Source of the DNA: Octopus sinensis
Taxonomy: Eukaryota
Assembly: GCF_006345805.1 (NCBI RefSeq)
Contig: NC_043001.1
Location: 42,842,001-42,906,000, forward strand
Reading direction: 5' to 3'
Length of the DNA stretch: 64,000 nt
The notes under the pieces are model-generated. The model had not been told where the DNA came from. It worked only from the letters and a program-made list of their open reading frames with translations, and ran no database searches. The translations under genes were made by a program, and so were the position numbers. Positions 39,066-52,918 of the stretch are shown here, piece after piece (positions within the stretch are counted from its first letter, which is position 1; each line of letters opens with the position of its first letter).

Positions 39066-39813
39066 TGATCGAAGTTACTTAATATCTTCCACCCTCATCA
39101 GTAGAAGAGGGTTGTATAAACTTACTGGCTAAATATACCAAAACCAAGCTAAAGAAAGACTTCATAATTAAAACTTCTTCAGTACTGTAATGTTATTAAT
39201 TGGTCACTTCATAAATCTAACAAATGAAATCCTACCTAAAATTTTTTATGAATGAAAAATTGATTCTAGTTAGGATTTATTCATAGTTTATAGAAGTCAC
39301 TACAATGTCTTTGTTGCAAAATTCAAAAAGTTGAAACAATCTGAATTAGTTCCTCAAAATTTCCAAAATTTGTTTTTCTTGAAAGGCTCTTCTGTTTTTA
39401 GGAGAGAGCACAAGAGTTGTGCTTACACAAGGGCTTTTGGTATAGATGAGGGAAAAGTCAGGTGAAGTGTATCTGGTTTCTATTTTTGTTGGATGAAATC
39501 AGAGAACTCTGTTATCAGTGATATAAGAAAAGATGTTTGTCAAATCAAACATCTTAATTTTCTTCTATAATGACCTAGGTTATGGGTCGCTGATCAGGGT
39601 GTATCATTTCATTATTTGTGTGTGTGGATATTCTATTGTTAGTTGCTAAAGAAAATTGTTTCCCTTATTGCTTTCATAATGAAGTAATTTTAAGCAGTTT
39701 ACCAAAAACCTTTAGTGGTTATATGTTTATCACATTCTCTCAGATACATATATTTTTATCACCTACACATCAACATTTAAAAATTAGAATGCAAGAGAAC
39801 TGTTATAAAACTA

Positions 39814-40661
39814 CGAGTTCTGATCAATAAATATCTGGACTGTGGCCGTAGTAACAAAACTAAAGCACGCAGAGTGAAGCTGCTTGGCAAAGATTGACCT
39901 TGAACATTCTAGCTCACTTCTACTGTTTTACAGAAGTGCTTGGAAAGAAGGTGTGTAGTGTGTGATTGTCGCATTGACTACGGCAGAGAAAGTTGTCATG
40001 GCAATACCTGCTCAGAGGCCTATGTAAGGTTGGAGAAAGTGTATGAGCTGCACACAAGTGTACGAGTGGTTCAGACGTTTTCAAGATGGCCGAAAAATGT
40101 AGATATTGACGAATGTTTTGGGAGACCTGCAACCAGCAGAACTGTGCAAAACATCACAGATGTGCATGTAGCTGTGAGGGGAAATTGTTGAATCCCCATC
40201 CATGAGTTATCAGAGGATGTGCAATTTAGTTACAGTTCAGTTCAGTTCATTATCACTGAAGATTTGGGTATGAGATGTATGTCTGAGAAGTTTGTGCCAA
40301 AACTGTTTTCAATTGATCAAAAAGACACTTGGGTTTCAGTTGCACAAAATCTTGATTGTGTTGAGAATGATGAAAACTTTTTGGAAACTTTGTGTATGCC
40401 TCTGAGCATGCATTGACAAGCTTTTGACAAAATTTGATGCAGATTCTCTGCTCTACTTTCTCTGTCATGGTCAATGTGATGATCACATGCTACACACCGT
40501 CCTTCCAAGCACTGTTGTAAACAGCAAAAGGAGCTTGAACGTTAAAACTTACTGTGCATACACAGCAGAGTTCAAGGTCAATCTTTGCCAAGTGGCTTCA
40601 CTCTGCATGCTTTAGCTTCGTTACTATGGCAACAGTCCAGACACTTATGGCTCAGACCACA
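39814..40661. mobile_element. Mariner derivative made of two 5' ends in inverted orientation
   Basis: Inverted arms of about 190 bp with TA flanks. The start of the transposase (MTEKVEQRICIKFCQKL) is on the minus strand at right; N-terminal remnants are on the plus strand at left. Confidence 0.85.
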
Positions 40662-41179
40662 TATGTTCTGTATATTTTATTCAAATACATTATAATCTAA
40701 AGATTCTCAGGACAACATGAATAAATCATCTTCTCAACATAATACTTTTTGTGTACAATCACCTTGAATTTATGTCAATCTAGCACATTACTCTTTTGGC
40801 TTGTTTTTCATTGGCTTTCAGGTACTTAAAGGGATTACTTTGTTAATCTTATATGATAGATTATAAATTTGTTTTGTTGTGTCTGGGGAGAGTCATTCTC
40901 TTTTAGCGCTTTATTATTTAACATACTCACCAGTTCAGTTTCCACTTATTTATTCTTTCGAAAATTTTCCTTGGGTCTTGCAACGTTTTCAATAGTCATT
41001 GACTTTGTTCTTTATCCAAGCTGTGTTCTTTTTGTTTGTTTGCGCGCATGTGTGTGGGTCAGTGTGCATATGTATGTATGCATATATGTGTGTGTGTATG
41101 CATATATATGTATGTATATTCATCCAAATTATTTCAAATTAATCAGACATTATCTCATAGCCTCAAGATTTTGTTATGA

Positions 41180-41256
41180 TATATACATGTTTATACATAC
41201 ATATATAAATGTATATACATATATGTATACACACACATATATATATATATATAATA

Positions 41257-41297
<41 letters not shown>

Positions 41298-41399
41298 CAT
41301 ATATATATATATACACATACATATATATATATATACCATACATATATATATATATATACACATACATATATATATACACATACATACATACACATATAT

Positions 41400-41443
<44 letters not shown>

Positions 41444-41525
41444 ATACATAATACATATATATTATATATATATACATAATACATATATATATATATATGT
41501 ATGTATATATATATATATATATGTA

Positions 41526-41559
<34 letters not shown>

Positions 41560-41641
41560 CATACATACATATATAATATATATACATACATATATATATA
41601 TATATACATACATATATATTATATATATATACATACATACA

Positions 41642-41713
<72 letters not shown>

Positions 41714-41760
41714 CATACATATAAGAGAACAAGGTGTACGTATGCCGCTATATATATATA
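41180..41760. repeat. Large (TA)n/(TACA)n compound microsatellite
   Basis: Direct reading. Confidence 0.97.
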
Positions 41761-43169
41761 AAAACATACAAAATGGGACAAGAACGCAAAACATCCAGAA
41801 GACGATACAAAAAACACGGACGGGTCATTTGAAGCCTTTAATCTTCAGTCAAGAACCGGATCATCCTCGCAATTTCAGCTGATTAATCTTGAGATTGCTC
41901 CAATCTGGCCAGTCCCAAGGAAAAACTAAGCTAAGAGCATTAGATTCCTTGGAAAAAAGCTTCGAATGTATACGAAACAAGGACGGAAAAACAGATGATG
42001 TTACATGAATATAAATACAAAAATAATACAAAACAAACAATAATAATAATAACAGGACATAACAACAGGCGTCTTTCGACTGGAGACGAATTGAATTCAG
42101 CTGGCATGTTGGGAATTAAGCCTTATTGCAGAGGAAAAGTATCGGTGTGATTGTGACCGCTGCCAAACACAAAAAGGCCAGCAATATATATATATATATA
42201 TGTACATATATACCCACACATGCATGCACACACACACACATGTCTACATAACAGCCCACTAACTATTCTACCTATGTATATATATATAAACTGTGGGTGT
42301 AGGGGTATGACTACCTATGTATATTTCCTATTTAGTACTGGGGATGTTTCATTTATGAAAACATACTTCTGTATTTGTCTGAGTGTTGAGTCCTTTGGGT
42401 GCTTGGATAAAATGCAGATGTCAAGTTGACCCAGGTTGCCTCCATGTTGGTCCTTGGCATGTTGGTATAGTATGGAGGACTGTTTTTTGTCGTTATATTG
42501 TCTCAAATGTTCATTTAGTCTTTCTGCAATGCTCCTAGATTTATATAATGTTCTTGTCTTTATAAGCACCTTCTATGCACCTTATGTTGTAGACTATATT
42601 TCTAGTTCTACAGTAATGCCAGTTTTAATCCTACATATCATACAGTTACCATTGGTGCATATGGTATTCTCAGAAGGGTACATCCTACATAGTTGTGATC
42701 TAATGAAGCTCTCTGGCTTTTCAACGACCTTAATGTTGAGTTTGGCCTCCTTTAGAGCTTTCCTAAATCTACAGGCTAGTTCTCCATGGGCTATGGTTTT
42801 TACAAACATCACTCCTTGATATTTGTCGGTCTTGTACCACGTGTTCACCTTGTTTGCTTTGTCACAAACTCTTTGTATTCTATTCCAGTCTTTACTTCTT
42901 TATCTAGGGCAGGTAACACTGGTTTCATTACATATAATGTTATCTAACTTCTTTGTAGCACCCTTGTATACCCAAATCCTATCTTTCTGATCATATTCAA
43001 AGAATTGCATGTGGTGCACAAAGTTTTGTATATGTTTCTTTGTTTCATAGGGTTTGCATAATGGGGACACATTGTTCATTATCCTAACTAAGTCTGCTAT
43101 CAGTATGTTGATTTGCATGTTGTGTGACAAAGCTGAGTTCTTGTGAACAACATATTTCAAATTCAACAA

Positions 43170-43206
43170 CTATTGATAAGGTTGCAAGACGCAATGAAAA
43201 TTTTAG
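43170..43206 (+). ncRNA. Minimal type I hammerhead ribozyme motif, U3/A8 core variant, in an inverted PLE terminal repeat
   Basis: CTA-TTGATAA-G-GTTGC(aagac)GCAAT-GAAA-ATT-T-TAG, with palindromic stem III (AATT). A degenerate inverted copy lies at about 40958-41000. Confidence 0.7.
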
Positions 43207-44004
43207 AAAAAATAAATAAGTAAATGAGTGGAAACTGAACCAGTGAGTGTGTTAAATAATAAAGCACAAAAAGAGAATGACTCTCCCCAGACACAGCAAA
43301 ATATGCTTCAACACATGAACTCACATGAATCTTGCGAACTAAATCTCCAAACGAAATATAAATTTGTTCTCATCATTTAAAAATTATTTGTTTCCTGGTT
43401 TGTAATTGGTAAAATTCTGAAATGTTGATTTCAGTGAACCTGATCCATAATCATCATCATTGTAGTAATGCAAAAGAACAGGTTGTTGATATGAAAAATC
43501 CTTTCTCTGATGATTTGCACAACAGAAACATCATTATTCAAAGATAAAAACAATCTGTAGTTTGTCACTTCTATGTCTGTTGTATCCACCTCTGCTGTAA
43601 CTTGTGCCACTGTGACTACTGGTACTTCAGCTGTTTTCACTAATACATTGCATCACTAGGCTGTGTTGACTGGTTCTGCTAGTCTGAGCTAGCTGCATGC
43701 CTCACAAACATGACCAACAGTTCCAATTGGAATGCTTTTTTACGATACCTCATAGTTCATCTTGAGAGTGACATTTGTTAAAATAGTATTAACAAATATG
43801 ATTGGTCAGTAGATGATGATATACACATGTCTGTTTATGAAGTAGATGCAACAGACATTTGGCTCAAAATGTGATGACAGAGGCACATCTATTGACTAAG
43901 TGGATGCACAAGCTGATTGGTTCAAAAGGGGAAAACATAAACATGACTGTTGATGGCAGGGCTTCTGGTTGAATGAACAGATATTCTAACAGATGATTAT
44001 TCTT

Positions 44005-44390
44005 TACTCTTTTACTTGTTTCAGTCATTTGACTGCAGCCATGCTGGAGCACCGCCTTTAATCGAGCAACTCGACCCCGGGACTTATTCTTTTGTAAGCC
44101 CAGTACTTATTCTATCAGTCTCTTTTCTCGAACCGCTAAGTAACGGGGACGTAAACACACCAGCATTGGTTGTCAAGCAATGCTTGGGGGACAAACACAG
44201 ACACACAAACACACACATGCATATATATATATACATATATACGACGGACTTCTTTCAGTTTCCGTCTACCAAATCCACTCACAAGGCTTTGGTCGGCTCG
44301 AGGCTATAGTAGAAGACATTTGCCCAAGGTGCCACATAGTGGGACTGAACCCAGAACCATGTGGTTGGTAAACACGCTACTTACCACACA
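44005..44390 (-). mobile_element. tRNA-derived SINE (family A), well preserved
   Basis: Near reverse complement of 54497-54895. Confidence 0.9.
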
Positions 44391-45915
44391 TGATTGGTCC
44401 AGAAACATGATCATTTTGGCATGTTTCTTGATATCAGCTTCACTGCTGATTTGAGATTTCATGTACACTGGGCACCATAAATATATCAACAGGAGGTATT
44501 CAACTATATTAGTTTCCTCCTAGATAGCTGTTTATGAAAAGAACAGCAATTGTTACTTGCTTTTAAAATAGTGATTAGTGAATGCAACTGTTACAGTCAG
44601 AAAAAAAAAAGTTTTGATGGTAGAATAATAATTATTATTTGTAGGAAAGTCTTGAAAAATTGGAATACATCATGAAACTACCATGTGAGAAAGGTATATG
44701 TTTAATCATGTCATGATCACCATTGTTGGGAATTATTAATTTAGTTCATAATAAACAGAACTGTGGCATAATGCTGAACAATAGTTTTATTTATATTCTC
44801 TACATGATGAATCAATGCAGCTGTGACAAGCTATATTGACTGTTATGAATAGTACGTTTAATGTGTTTTTACTTGAACACCAAGAGAATAATACAAAACT
44901 AATACACATAGAAGACATGAATGTTACAAATAAACTGAAAGGAGTCTATGTCATTAAGAAGATGAACACACCATTCTACAAGCTTGTTGATGCATTATAT
45001 ATATATATCATCTTCGTCATCATTTTAATGTCTGCTTTTCCATACTTGCATATGTCAGCTGAAATTTAGATGAGGCAGATTTTCTCTGATGCTCTTCCTG
45101 GTACTAACCATTGCATGTTACCAAGTAAGGTAATATTTCCCCTAGTCTCTGAAACACGATCAACATAATAGTTGGACATGATTTCCTGAGAGATAGCAGA
45201 TGAATGATACTGCATACATGGCAGTAAGATTTATTTACAACTAACATACAATATCAAGACAAGGAGACACACATATACATGATCACACTCATGCACACAT
45301 ATCTTCAATGGACTTCTTTCTGCTTCTGTCTTTCAAATCCTCTTACAAGACTGGGATTGGGCTGGAGCTAGAGTAGAAGGTATTTGCCCTAGGTGCTGTG
45401 CAATGGCATGAACCTGAAACTACATGGTTGCAAGGTTAGCTTTATAACCATGTAACAATGCTTGCACCAGACAAGACATACTTGGCATAGATCAGCTGCT
45501 TATAAAGGAGTCCTGATTTAGGCTAGCATCAAGGTGGATACTCTAATTTACATATTTATACTTTTGGTGGTTTATCATTAATTATACTTAATGTTTATGC
45601 ACAATATAGCATAAATTAGAAGAACTGAAATAAATTTAAATATCATAATGCCTCACTGTGAGATGAATAAGAATGTAAGCATGAAAGGAAGCTAGGTACA
45701 TCTTCTCTGAGGAGTGGTTAACAAACTGTATAATAGTCCATCAGAAAACTCCCTCTGTTTTTCACATATCAATAGTGTATATAGAATGTATTTATTGTTC
45801 AAGTCAATGAGGCTTTCTAATATTTAAATTCATTTAATTTCTTTTGATTTATGCTATGTTGTTCATAAATAGATATTGATTAATGCCACTGTTGTTTTAT
45901 ATATATATATATATT

Positions 45916-45959
<44 letters not shown>

Positions 45960-45964
<5 letters not shown>

Positions 45965-46555
45965 TAAAAGCACCCACTGCACTCTTGGAGTGGTTGGTGT
46001 TAGGAAGGGCATCCGGCTGTGGAAGCTCTGCCAGATCAAATTGGAACCTGGTGCAGCCATCTGGTTCGCCAGTCCTCAGTCAAATTGTCCAACCCATGCT
46101 AGCTTGGAAAGCGGACGTTAAAGGATGATGATGATGATGATATATATATACACACACTGTGCTTGAGGAGACCTATTGAGTCAAGTACATCAACATTAAA
46201 AAATCAAATGGAAATTGTAGTTGTGATATCTGTGCCGGTGGCACGTAAAAAGCACCATCTGAACGTGGCCGATGCCAGCACCGCCTTCACTGGCTTCCGT
46301 GCCAGTGGCATGTAAAAAGCACCAACTGATCGTGGCCGTTGCTAGCCTCGCCTGGCACCTGTGCTGGTGGCACGTAAAAAGCACCCACTACACTCATAGA
46401 GAGGTTGGCGTTAGGAAGGGTATCCAGCTGTAGAAACTCTGCCAGATCAGACTGGAGTCTGGTGCAGCCCCCTGGCTTCCCAGACCCCGGTCGAACAGTC
46501 CAACCCATGCTAGCATGGAAAACGGACGTTAAATGATGATGATGATGATGATTGA
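45960..46555 (+). mobile_element. Two adjacent RTE 3'-terminal fragments (45960-46140 and 46150-46555), each with a (GAT)n tail
   Basis: Match 35190-35480 and supply the terminal sequence missing there. Further copies lie at 23900-24060 (-), 36165-36340 (-), 54305-54492 (+) and 57445-57950 (+). Confidence 0.88.
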
Positions 46556-47039
46556 TTAATGCCATAGTTTTATATATATCTTGATCAGCAAGTATTGTAG
46601 TTCTCTTGTAAGCAAGTTAACTTTGACTATATGACTGTTTCCCTATTTAGTTACTTTAAATAAGGGTAAGACAATTTATGAATAAATTGTTATTTTATAA
46701 TTTTTCAAGCTCTTTATTATAAAAAATATTAACTTGGAAGATCCATTAGAGTGTTGAATAAACTGCCTTGTGGTATTTAGTTACAGACCTTTATGTTATG
46801 TGTTTAGGTCCTATGAAGGTCAGTGTTGTCTTTCAGTCATCTTTGTCAATAAAATAACATCCTAGATGTGAATGGAATTATAATAGAAGAGCATTGACCA
46901 GGAAAGAGTGTCCTTCCTTCTTTGTGCTGTTGCTAATTTATTCTTGACCCTAAATAACCCTAAAATATGGTGCAAAGAAAGAGACCCATCCTGTAAGCAG
47001 AGTAACTCTTTGCACCTTGAACCATATTTTGACCGGATA

Positions 47040-48130
47040 CTTTAGAGCACTGGAAGAAGACCAGTACATGTGTGAGTATGATGAGATCCTTGCAAAACTA
47101 ATTTCCTTCAAAGTAGGAGCCTCTGACTTCATTGCACTTGTAGTACTACAGCCATTTTGTAAAGGCCCCATGGAAGTTCTCCAAAGTGAAGGTGTCAAGG
47201 ACCTCATTTATCTTCTCAGTGCCTTCAAAACAACTGCCCTTAAGGTTCTCTTTCAGCCTGGCGAACAACCAACAATCACAGGGAGCAAGGTCTAAAGTGT
47301 AGGGAGGGTGAGGGACAATTTTGATGCCCATCTCTGTCAAGTTGTTGGTTACCAGGATGGAATTGTGAACTGCATTGTCCTGGTGCAGGTGCTCTGGTCT
47401 TTTGCAATCAAATCTCTTCCTGAACTCCCTCAGAACTTGATCGTCTGGCCAGAGGGAAGCCACTGGATGTAGAGGATGCTCTTGTGTCACAAAAGAGGAC
47501 CATCATAAGCTTCCCATTGGACTTGCTTCACCTGGTCTTCTTGGGCCTGGGGTAGCCAGGACGATTCCATTGGTCATTCTGTCTCTTGGTCTCTGGGTCA
47601 TAACAGCTGATCCAACTTTCTTCACAGGTCACCAGAGATTCAAGAACTCTTGGATTGTAGGTAATGAGCTCAATGATTTCCCTGTTGTTACCAATACATC
47701 TTTCTTTCTGTTCATCATTGAGCATTTTGGGAATAAACTTTATACAAATTTGTGCATGTTCAGATCTTTATGAATAATTCTGTGCACAATTGCCGCACCA
47801 TGTCCAAACTGTGTGCTTATTGTCTTTATAAACACACAATGTTCTTCATATAGAAAATTAAGTTTTCTCAACCAGCTCTGATGTTCTGATGTCCACACCT
47901 CTCATCACAACTCTTATCGTCCTTCACCTCTTCTCTACCATCCTTAAATCTCTCGTGCCAGTGAAAAGCAAATGCTCAGCTCATACTAGTTAATCCATAA
48001 GCAGTCTGGAGCATTTCATAAATCTTAGCATTTTTGCCCAGTTTAAGATGAAACTTTATTGCATAACAAGCTTCATCAGCTGTGACAAGCAGTGTTTAGT
48101 AGGGCTTGTTCAAAGTGCTGTTACAGCCAT
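47040..48130 (-). mobile_element. Mariner transposase fossil
   Basis: VTCEESWISCYDPETKRQ, LHQDNA, HPPYTLDLAPCDCWLF. TIRs not resolved, so boundaries are approximate. Confidence 0.85.
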
Positions 48131-48887
48131 TTTTTTCAATCTGGAATAATAATAAAAAAAATTGGTAGGTCAGTTTATTAGATATATGGTACTGATATAC
48201 TAAAATTACAATAACTGCCTCTCCTAAAGAAAGTCTCAGAACTTCTGAAATGCTCTGTGTATCATTATATTAATGTTTCATATATATATATTCATCTACA
48301 CAATCCACCTTTATCACATACACTGTAATCAGTGAATAAATGGCCCAACACACAGTTTTAATGCATGCATGCATGTACGCATGCATGTGTATGTGAAGCT
48401 CTAGCAAATTAGGATGTTTAGCTTGATTCCTATTCATGAGGATATTCTGAGCAATTTTTACTAGACTATTTTGTTCTCTTTAACAACAACCTAAGAGTAT
48501 TAAATTTTAGTTGTATTAAGTAAATTTATTACTCTAGTCAAAAATTTAGAATATCTTTTCTATTTAAGATGATATATGTAAACCAGATTTTTTATTATTA
48601 AACATTGGTTTTATATTTCTGAAATTCAGTATCATTAGAGATGGCAAGAACAGAAATAGGTAATATTTGCATAGCCAAGTCTTCCTTATTTTTGTTTGAA
48701 ATGTAATGCTGATTTCACTTACGTTTAGCAAAAATACATAACAAACTACTAAGTTCATAAAATTCTTACATATTCTAAGCATTTTCAAAGTCGTTTGAAA
48801 AATGATTTAATGGAATTTCAGCTGTTACAATTAAACTTTGTTTTTATCATTAGCTTTTTCAAACTTTCTTTTTCTGCAGGCCTTTAG

Positions 48888-49107
48888 CCCTTTAGTGTTT
48901 AAACCGGCCATACCAGGCCAAAATTGTCTTCCTGTTATATGCTCAAACCAGTCAGCTCTGACCTCTTACACCTACCCTACAAAGTCATTCTAAAAATAAA
49001 CAGGGACGTCATCAAAATCTTAGAGTTACAAGATGCTGTACAGTTAATTTAAAACAATGTGATTAAACAGGCTTTACATTTGACAGAGTAATCTGAATGC
49101 TAAAGGG
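48888..49107. mobile_element. piggyBac-type MITE
   Basis: CCCTTTAG.../...CTAAAGGG termini, TTAG on both flanks (TTAA variant), 220 bp. Confidence 0.8.
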
Positions 49108-49419
49108 TTAGCCTATTTAGATGATCTCATATAGCAACTAGAAGCTTTCTGTCTCTCTTTCTCCTTTTTGTTCCTGCACATATTTTTGTTCACAATGATA
49201 TCTAAAACCTGGAAAAACATAAATTGTTGTACTCAATATTAGCAAAGCCTTTTGACAAAGTATAGCATGTAAAGCTTTTAATGGAGTGTCATGAGTTATG
49301 TGAAGAACAAATCATCTGGATTTGTCACTGCCATTATTATAGTTGACCATGTCTGTGATGTCCTGTTAATACCTCCCATCAATACCAGTGTTTTCAGTTG
49401 TTTATATTATCTTTTATAT

Positions 49420-49775
49420 TTTACTTGTTTTAGTCATTAGACTGTGGTCATGCTGTGGAACTGCCTTGAAGAATTTTTAGTTGTGTAAATCAATCCCAGT
49501 GCTTTTTTTTAAGCCTGATACTTATCATGTCAATCTCGTTACCTGAACTGCTAAGTTATGGAGACTTAAACACACTAACACCAGTTTGTCAAGTGGTGGT
49601 AGGGGACACACACACACACACACACACACATGACAGGCTTCTTTCAGTTTCTGTTTACCAAATCCACTCACTAGGCTTTGATCAACCTGAAGCTATAGTA
49701 GAAGACCCTTGCCCAAAGTGCCATGCAGTGGGACTGAATGCAGAACCATGTGGTTGAGAAGAAAGCTTCTTACCG
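49420..49775 (-). mobile_element. tRNA-derived SINE (family A)
   Basis: Similar to 54497-54895. A 5'-truncated plus copy lies at 52490-52770. Confidence 0.78.
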
Positions 49776-50927
49776 CCTGCATCTATATTGTTACATGTTT
49801 TTTCTTTTTCTTTTTTGCCATGAATGATTTTCTGTCAGTTTTCATTAGTCCATTCTCTCATATGAAAGTGACAGCTTATACCTTAATCTCAGTAAAACCC
49901 ACTTGATATCTGCTGCTTTACTAGAATCAACTTCTCCAAAGAGATTTCCATTCTATTTTTCAAAGAGGCGCTGAGATGGCATTACTGTCTCTAGACTATA
50001 TCCAAAGCAATGATTGGCATGGAATCATACTCTCACACAAACCTTTAGCTCATACTGTCATTTTGTTCTACCTTTTATCTGCTACAACAGTGACCTCTGC
50101 TTCATAGAGCTGGTTAGTCTAATGCTATCTTCACCTGACCACTCATATCACCTCATCACAATATTGTGTTCCTTCCCTTCAGGCACTGCATTAAGCACAA
50201 TATTATTTTCTTCCTCATTTGAAAGTCATGAGAATAGCCCTGTCCACAAGACGGAACTTTACATTTAGCAACAATAAGATGCAAGCATTTTGAAAAGAAC
50301 AATTACAACACTTCTTGAATTCTCGTGAATAATCCCCAGCTTATAGTATATTCTGTATTAAACATGCCCTGACTCACAGATGCTTGAAATTCTTAACATT
50401 TCTAAAACTGCATTAAGGATAATTGCCTTTTATCTAGAACCAAGAAATCTGCCAATCCTATTCAAGGTTCATATGTACCCCTCTGTGCAGTATTGCTCTT
50501 ATATGTGACATGACACATCTTTGATCACTATTTTTATAGACTTTATATTCAAAAGAAAGCCATTCAGTTGATGATATATTGAAAATTTTCAAATTCCAGA
50601 TTCATGATGTATACTCTTCCAGGTTTTACCATTTCAAAAATGGACTTTTTTCTTTTTAACTTACCAGCTACATTCACTTGAACTTTTCCAACATTTGCAC
50701 ATATCACTTTTTATTGCTAAATACACTTTATTTCTCATCTTAAACATTTCACTATGCTGAAGTTCTTTCTGAGAATAGTCATTCTTTAAAACTTCAATCC
50801 ATTTTCTTTTTCTTAGAATATATTCACCTACAGTTTGATTTCTTATGTATCATTCAATTGTGACAGCTGCAAGAATTTAGTAGTTGTGAAACCATTTCTA
50901 CTCAATGTATGTTTATATATCTTTGTG

Positions 50928-50998
<71 letters not shown>

Positions 50999-51036
50999 AT
51001 ATATATATGTGGTGTATATGTATGTATATATATATA

Positions 51037-51078
<42 letters not shown>

Positions 51079-51147
51079 AAATAGTGTGGAAAATCCGAAT
51101 GTAAGATTGTTTCTATTTATGTATATGTACATAGTATAGTACTCTGT

Positions 51148-51462
51148 ATGTGTGTGTTTAATACAAAACCTTTATGCCCACTGATACCAAGCTACATAAG
51201 GGATGACATAGACTGCCTCACACACATTCCAAATACGGTTCCGGAAAACACTATACTTGCAAGCTTCGATGTCACAAACTTATACATGAACATACCACAC
51301 ACCTTGGGTCTGGAAGCGATAAAACAATGGATAGAAAAATACAGGGAACTCATGGCTATGGGTACAAAATTCGGACCTTCATATGCCAACCTGGTGATGG
51401 GTTTCCTTGAGAACAAACTATATGAAATAGGGAAAGTCTTCAAACTTGGCAGCATTACTTAG
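51148..51462 (+). mobile_element. Penelope-like RT fragment with an internal deletion
   Basis: SFDVTNLYMNIPH..GLEAI..W is joined directly to AMGTKFGPSYANLVMGFLE. Confidence 0.85.
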
Positions 51463-52277
51463 GACTCATGGGATCTTTGAATTCTTTAAGTTCTCCACAA
51501 AAAAAAAAAAAACATTCAATGAGTGAAAAAATCAATAAACCGATTCCTTATGTTTGCAACCCATTTTCAGCCAAATATTTTACCAATTTCAATGAATTTC
51601 GCTCAAATTTGACGTCAGTGTTACTTAGTTTGGTCTGAAACAAAGTGCTTGATTAGCTTAATAATCCTAACTTAATCCCAGGCAGTACCGGGCTTTGATT
51701 AATACCAATTTCTACCCTTATTTAATTCTAAATAAAAAAATGTTCTCTAACCGGTAAATTGACTGCTGTAATTTATTAACTACAGAGTAATTTCCGATCT
51801 CAGCATGCCAAAGTGAAGGCATTTGAAAAATACACATAAATATAATTTGTAGAACTTTATACATGCTCGATTTCGGTTGAGCATTCTGTATCTAGTTCTG
51901 GAAATTGTGTTTTGTAAACGACAGACTATGCTGATGATCTTGCAGGTGTTTGTGTGTCCATATACGTAAATATTAACAAGTGAAACCAATTGGTACATAG
52001 GTAATCGTTTTTTATTTTGTATATTTTCATTTGTCTTACTTATTTTTACACTTTGTTTTTTTTGCTGAGATTTTTCTTGAGAACACATTCTTCATGGTAA
52101 ATGGCAATTTGACGTCTATGTCTAGCATATAGGCTGTCCACTTTTAGTGGTCAGTCCTCTCAATTTTGTATGTAAAACAATTTTTAACCTTCTGATTTTT
52201 TTAAATATGCTAAGCCACTGGTTTTAATTGATTAATATCAATTTCTACCCTTATTTAATTTTATATATATATATATA

Positions 52278-52308
<31 letters not shown>

Positions 52309-52447
52309 CTATATGCATATATATGTGTATATACATATATATAAATATGTATGTATGTATGTACATATATGCATATGTTGATATGTATATATATGTATGT
52401 ACATATATGCGTATGTTTATATGTATATATATATATATATGTAGATA

Positions 52448-52489
<42 letters not shown>

Positions 52490-52876
52490 GCCTTGGGCTG
52501 ACCAAAGCCTTGTGAGTGGATTTGGTAGATGGAAACTGAAAGAAGCCCGTTATATATATATGTATGTGTGTGTGTGTTTGTGTGTCCATGTTTGTCCTCC
52601 CCACAATCACCTGTTACCCAATGCTGGTGTGTTTATGTTCCTGCAATTTAGCGGTTCGGCAAAAGAGCCCGATAGAATAAGTACTAGGCTTACAAAGAAT
52701 AAGTCCTGGGGTTGATTTGCTCAACTAAAGGCGGTGCTCCAGCATTGTTGCAGTCAAATGACTGAAACAACATCATCATCATCATCATCGTTTATGTCCG
52801 TTTTCCATGCTAGCATGGGTTGGATGGGGAGACAAGAAAAAGAATAGAAAATGAATGTATATATATATATATATAC

Positions 52877-52918
<42 letters not shown>

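Larger units (their letters stand above)
40860..43360 (-). mobile_element. 5'-truncated Penelope-like element with an inverted terminal repeat at the truncation point
   Basis: Minus-strand RT-thumb (42900-43169), C-x4-C-x2-C linker (42594-42848) and GIY-YIG (SRSIAERLNEH...PVLNRK, 42315-42569). Inverted arms at 40860-41000 and 43160-43290. Confidence 0.85.

Noticed and set aside
40869-41817. Long ORFs rich in Y/I/C/V/H/T (also 5151-5428, 18589-19094, 52251-52715, 56652-57337, 57712-58199)
   Set aside because: Translations of (TA)n/(CA)n microsatellites.
41820-42110. Additional hammerhead candidates on the minus strand (CTGAAGA near 41855; CGAAAGAC near 42075)
   Set aside because: I could not assemble a consistent core, stem II and GAAA.
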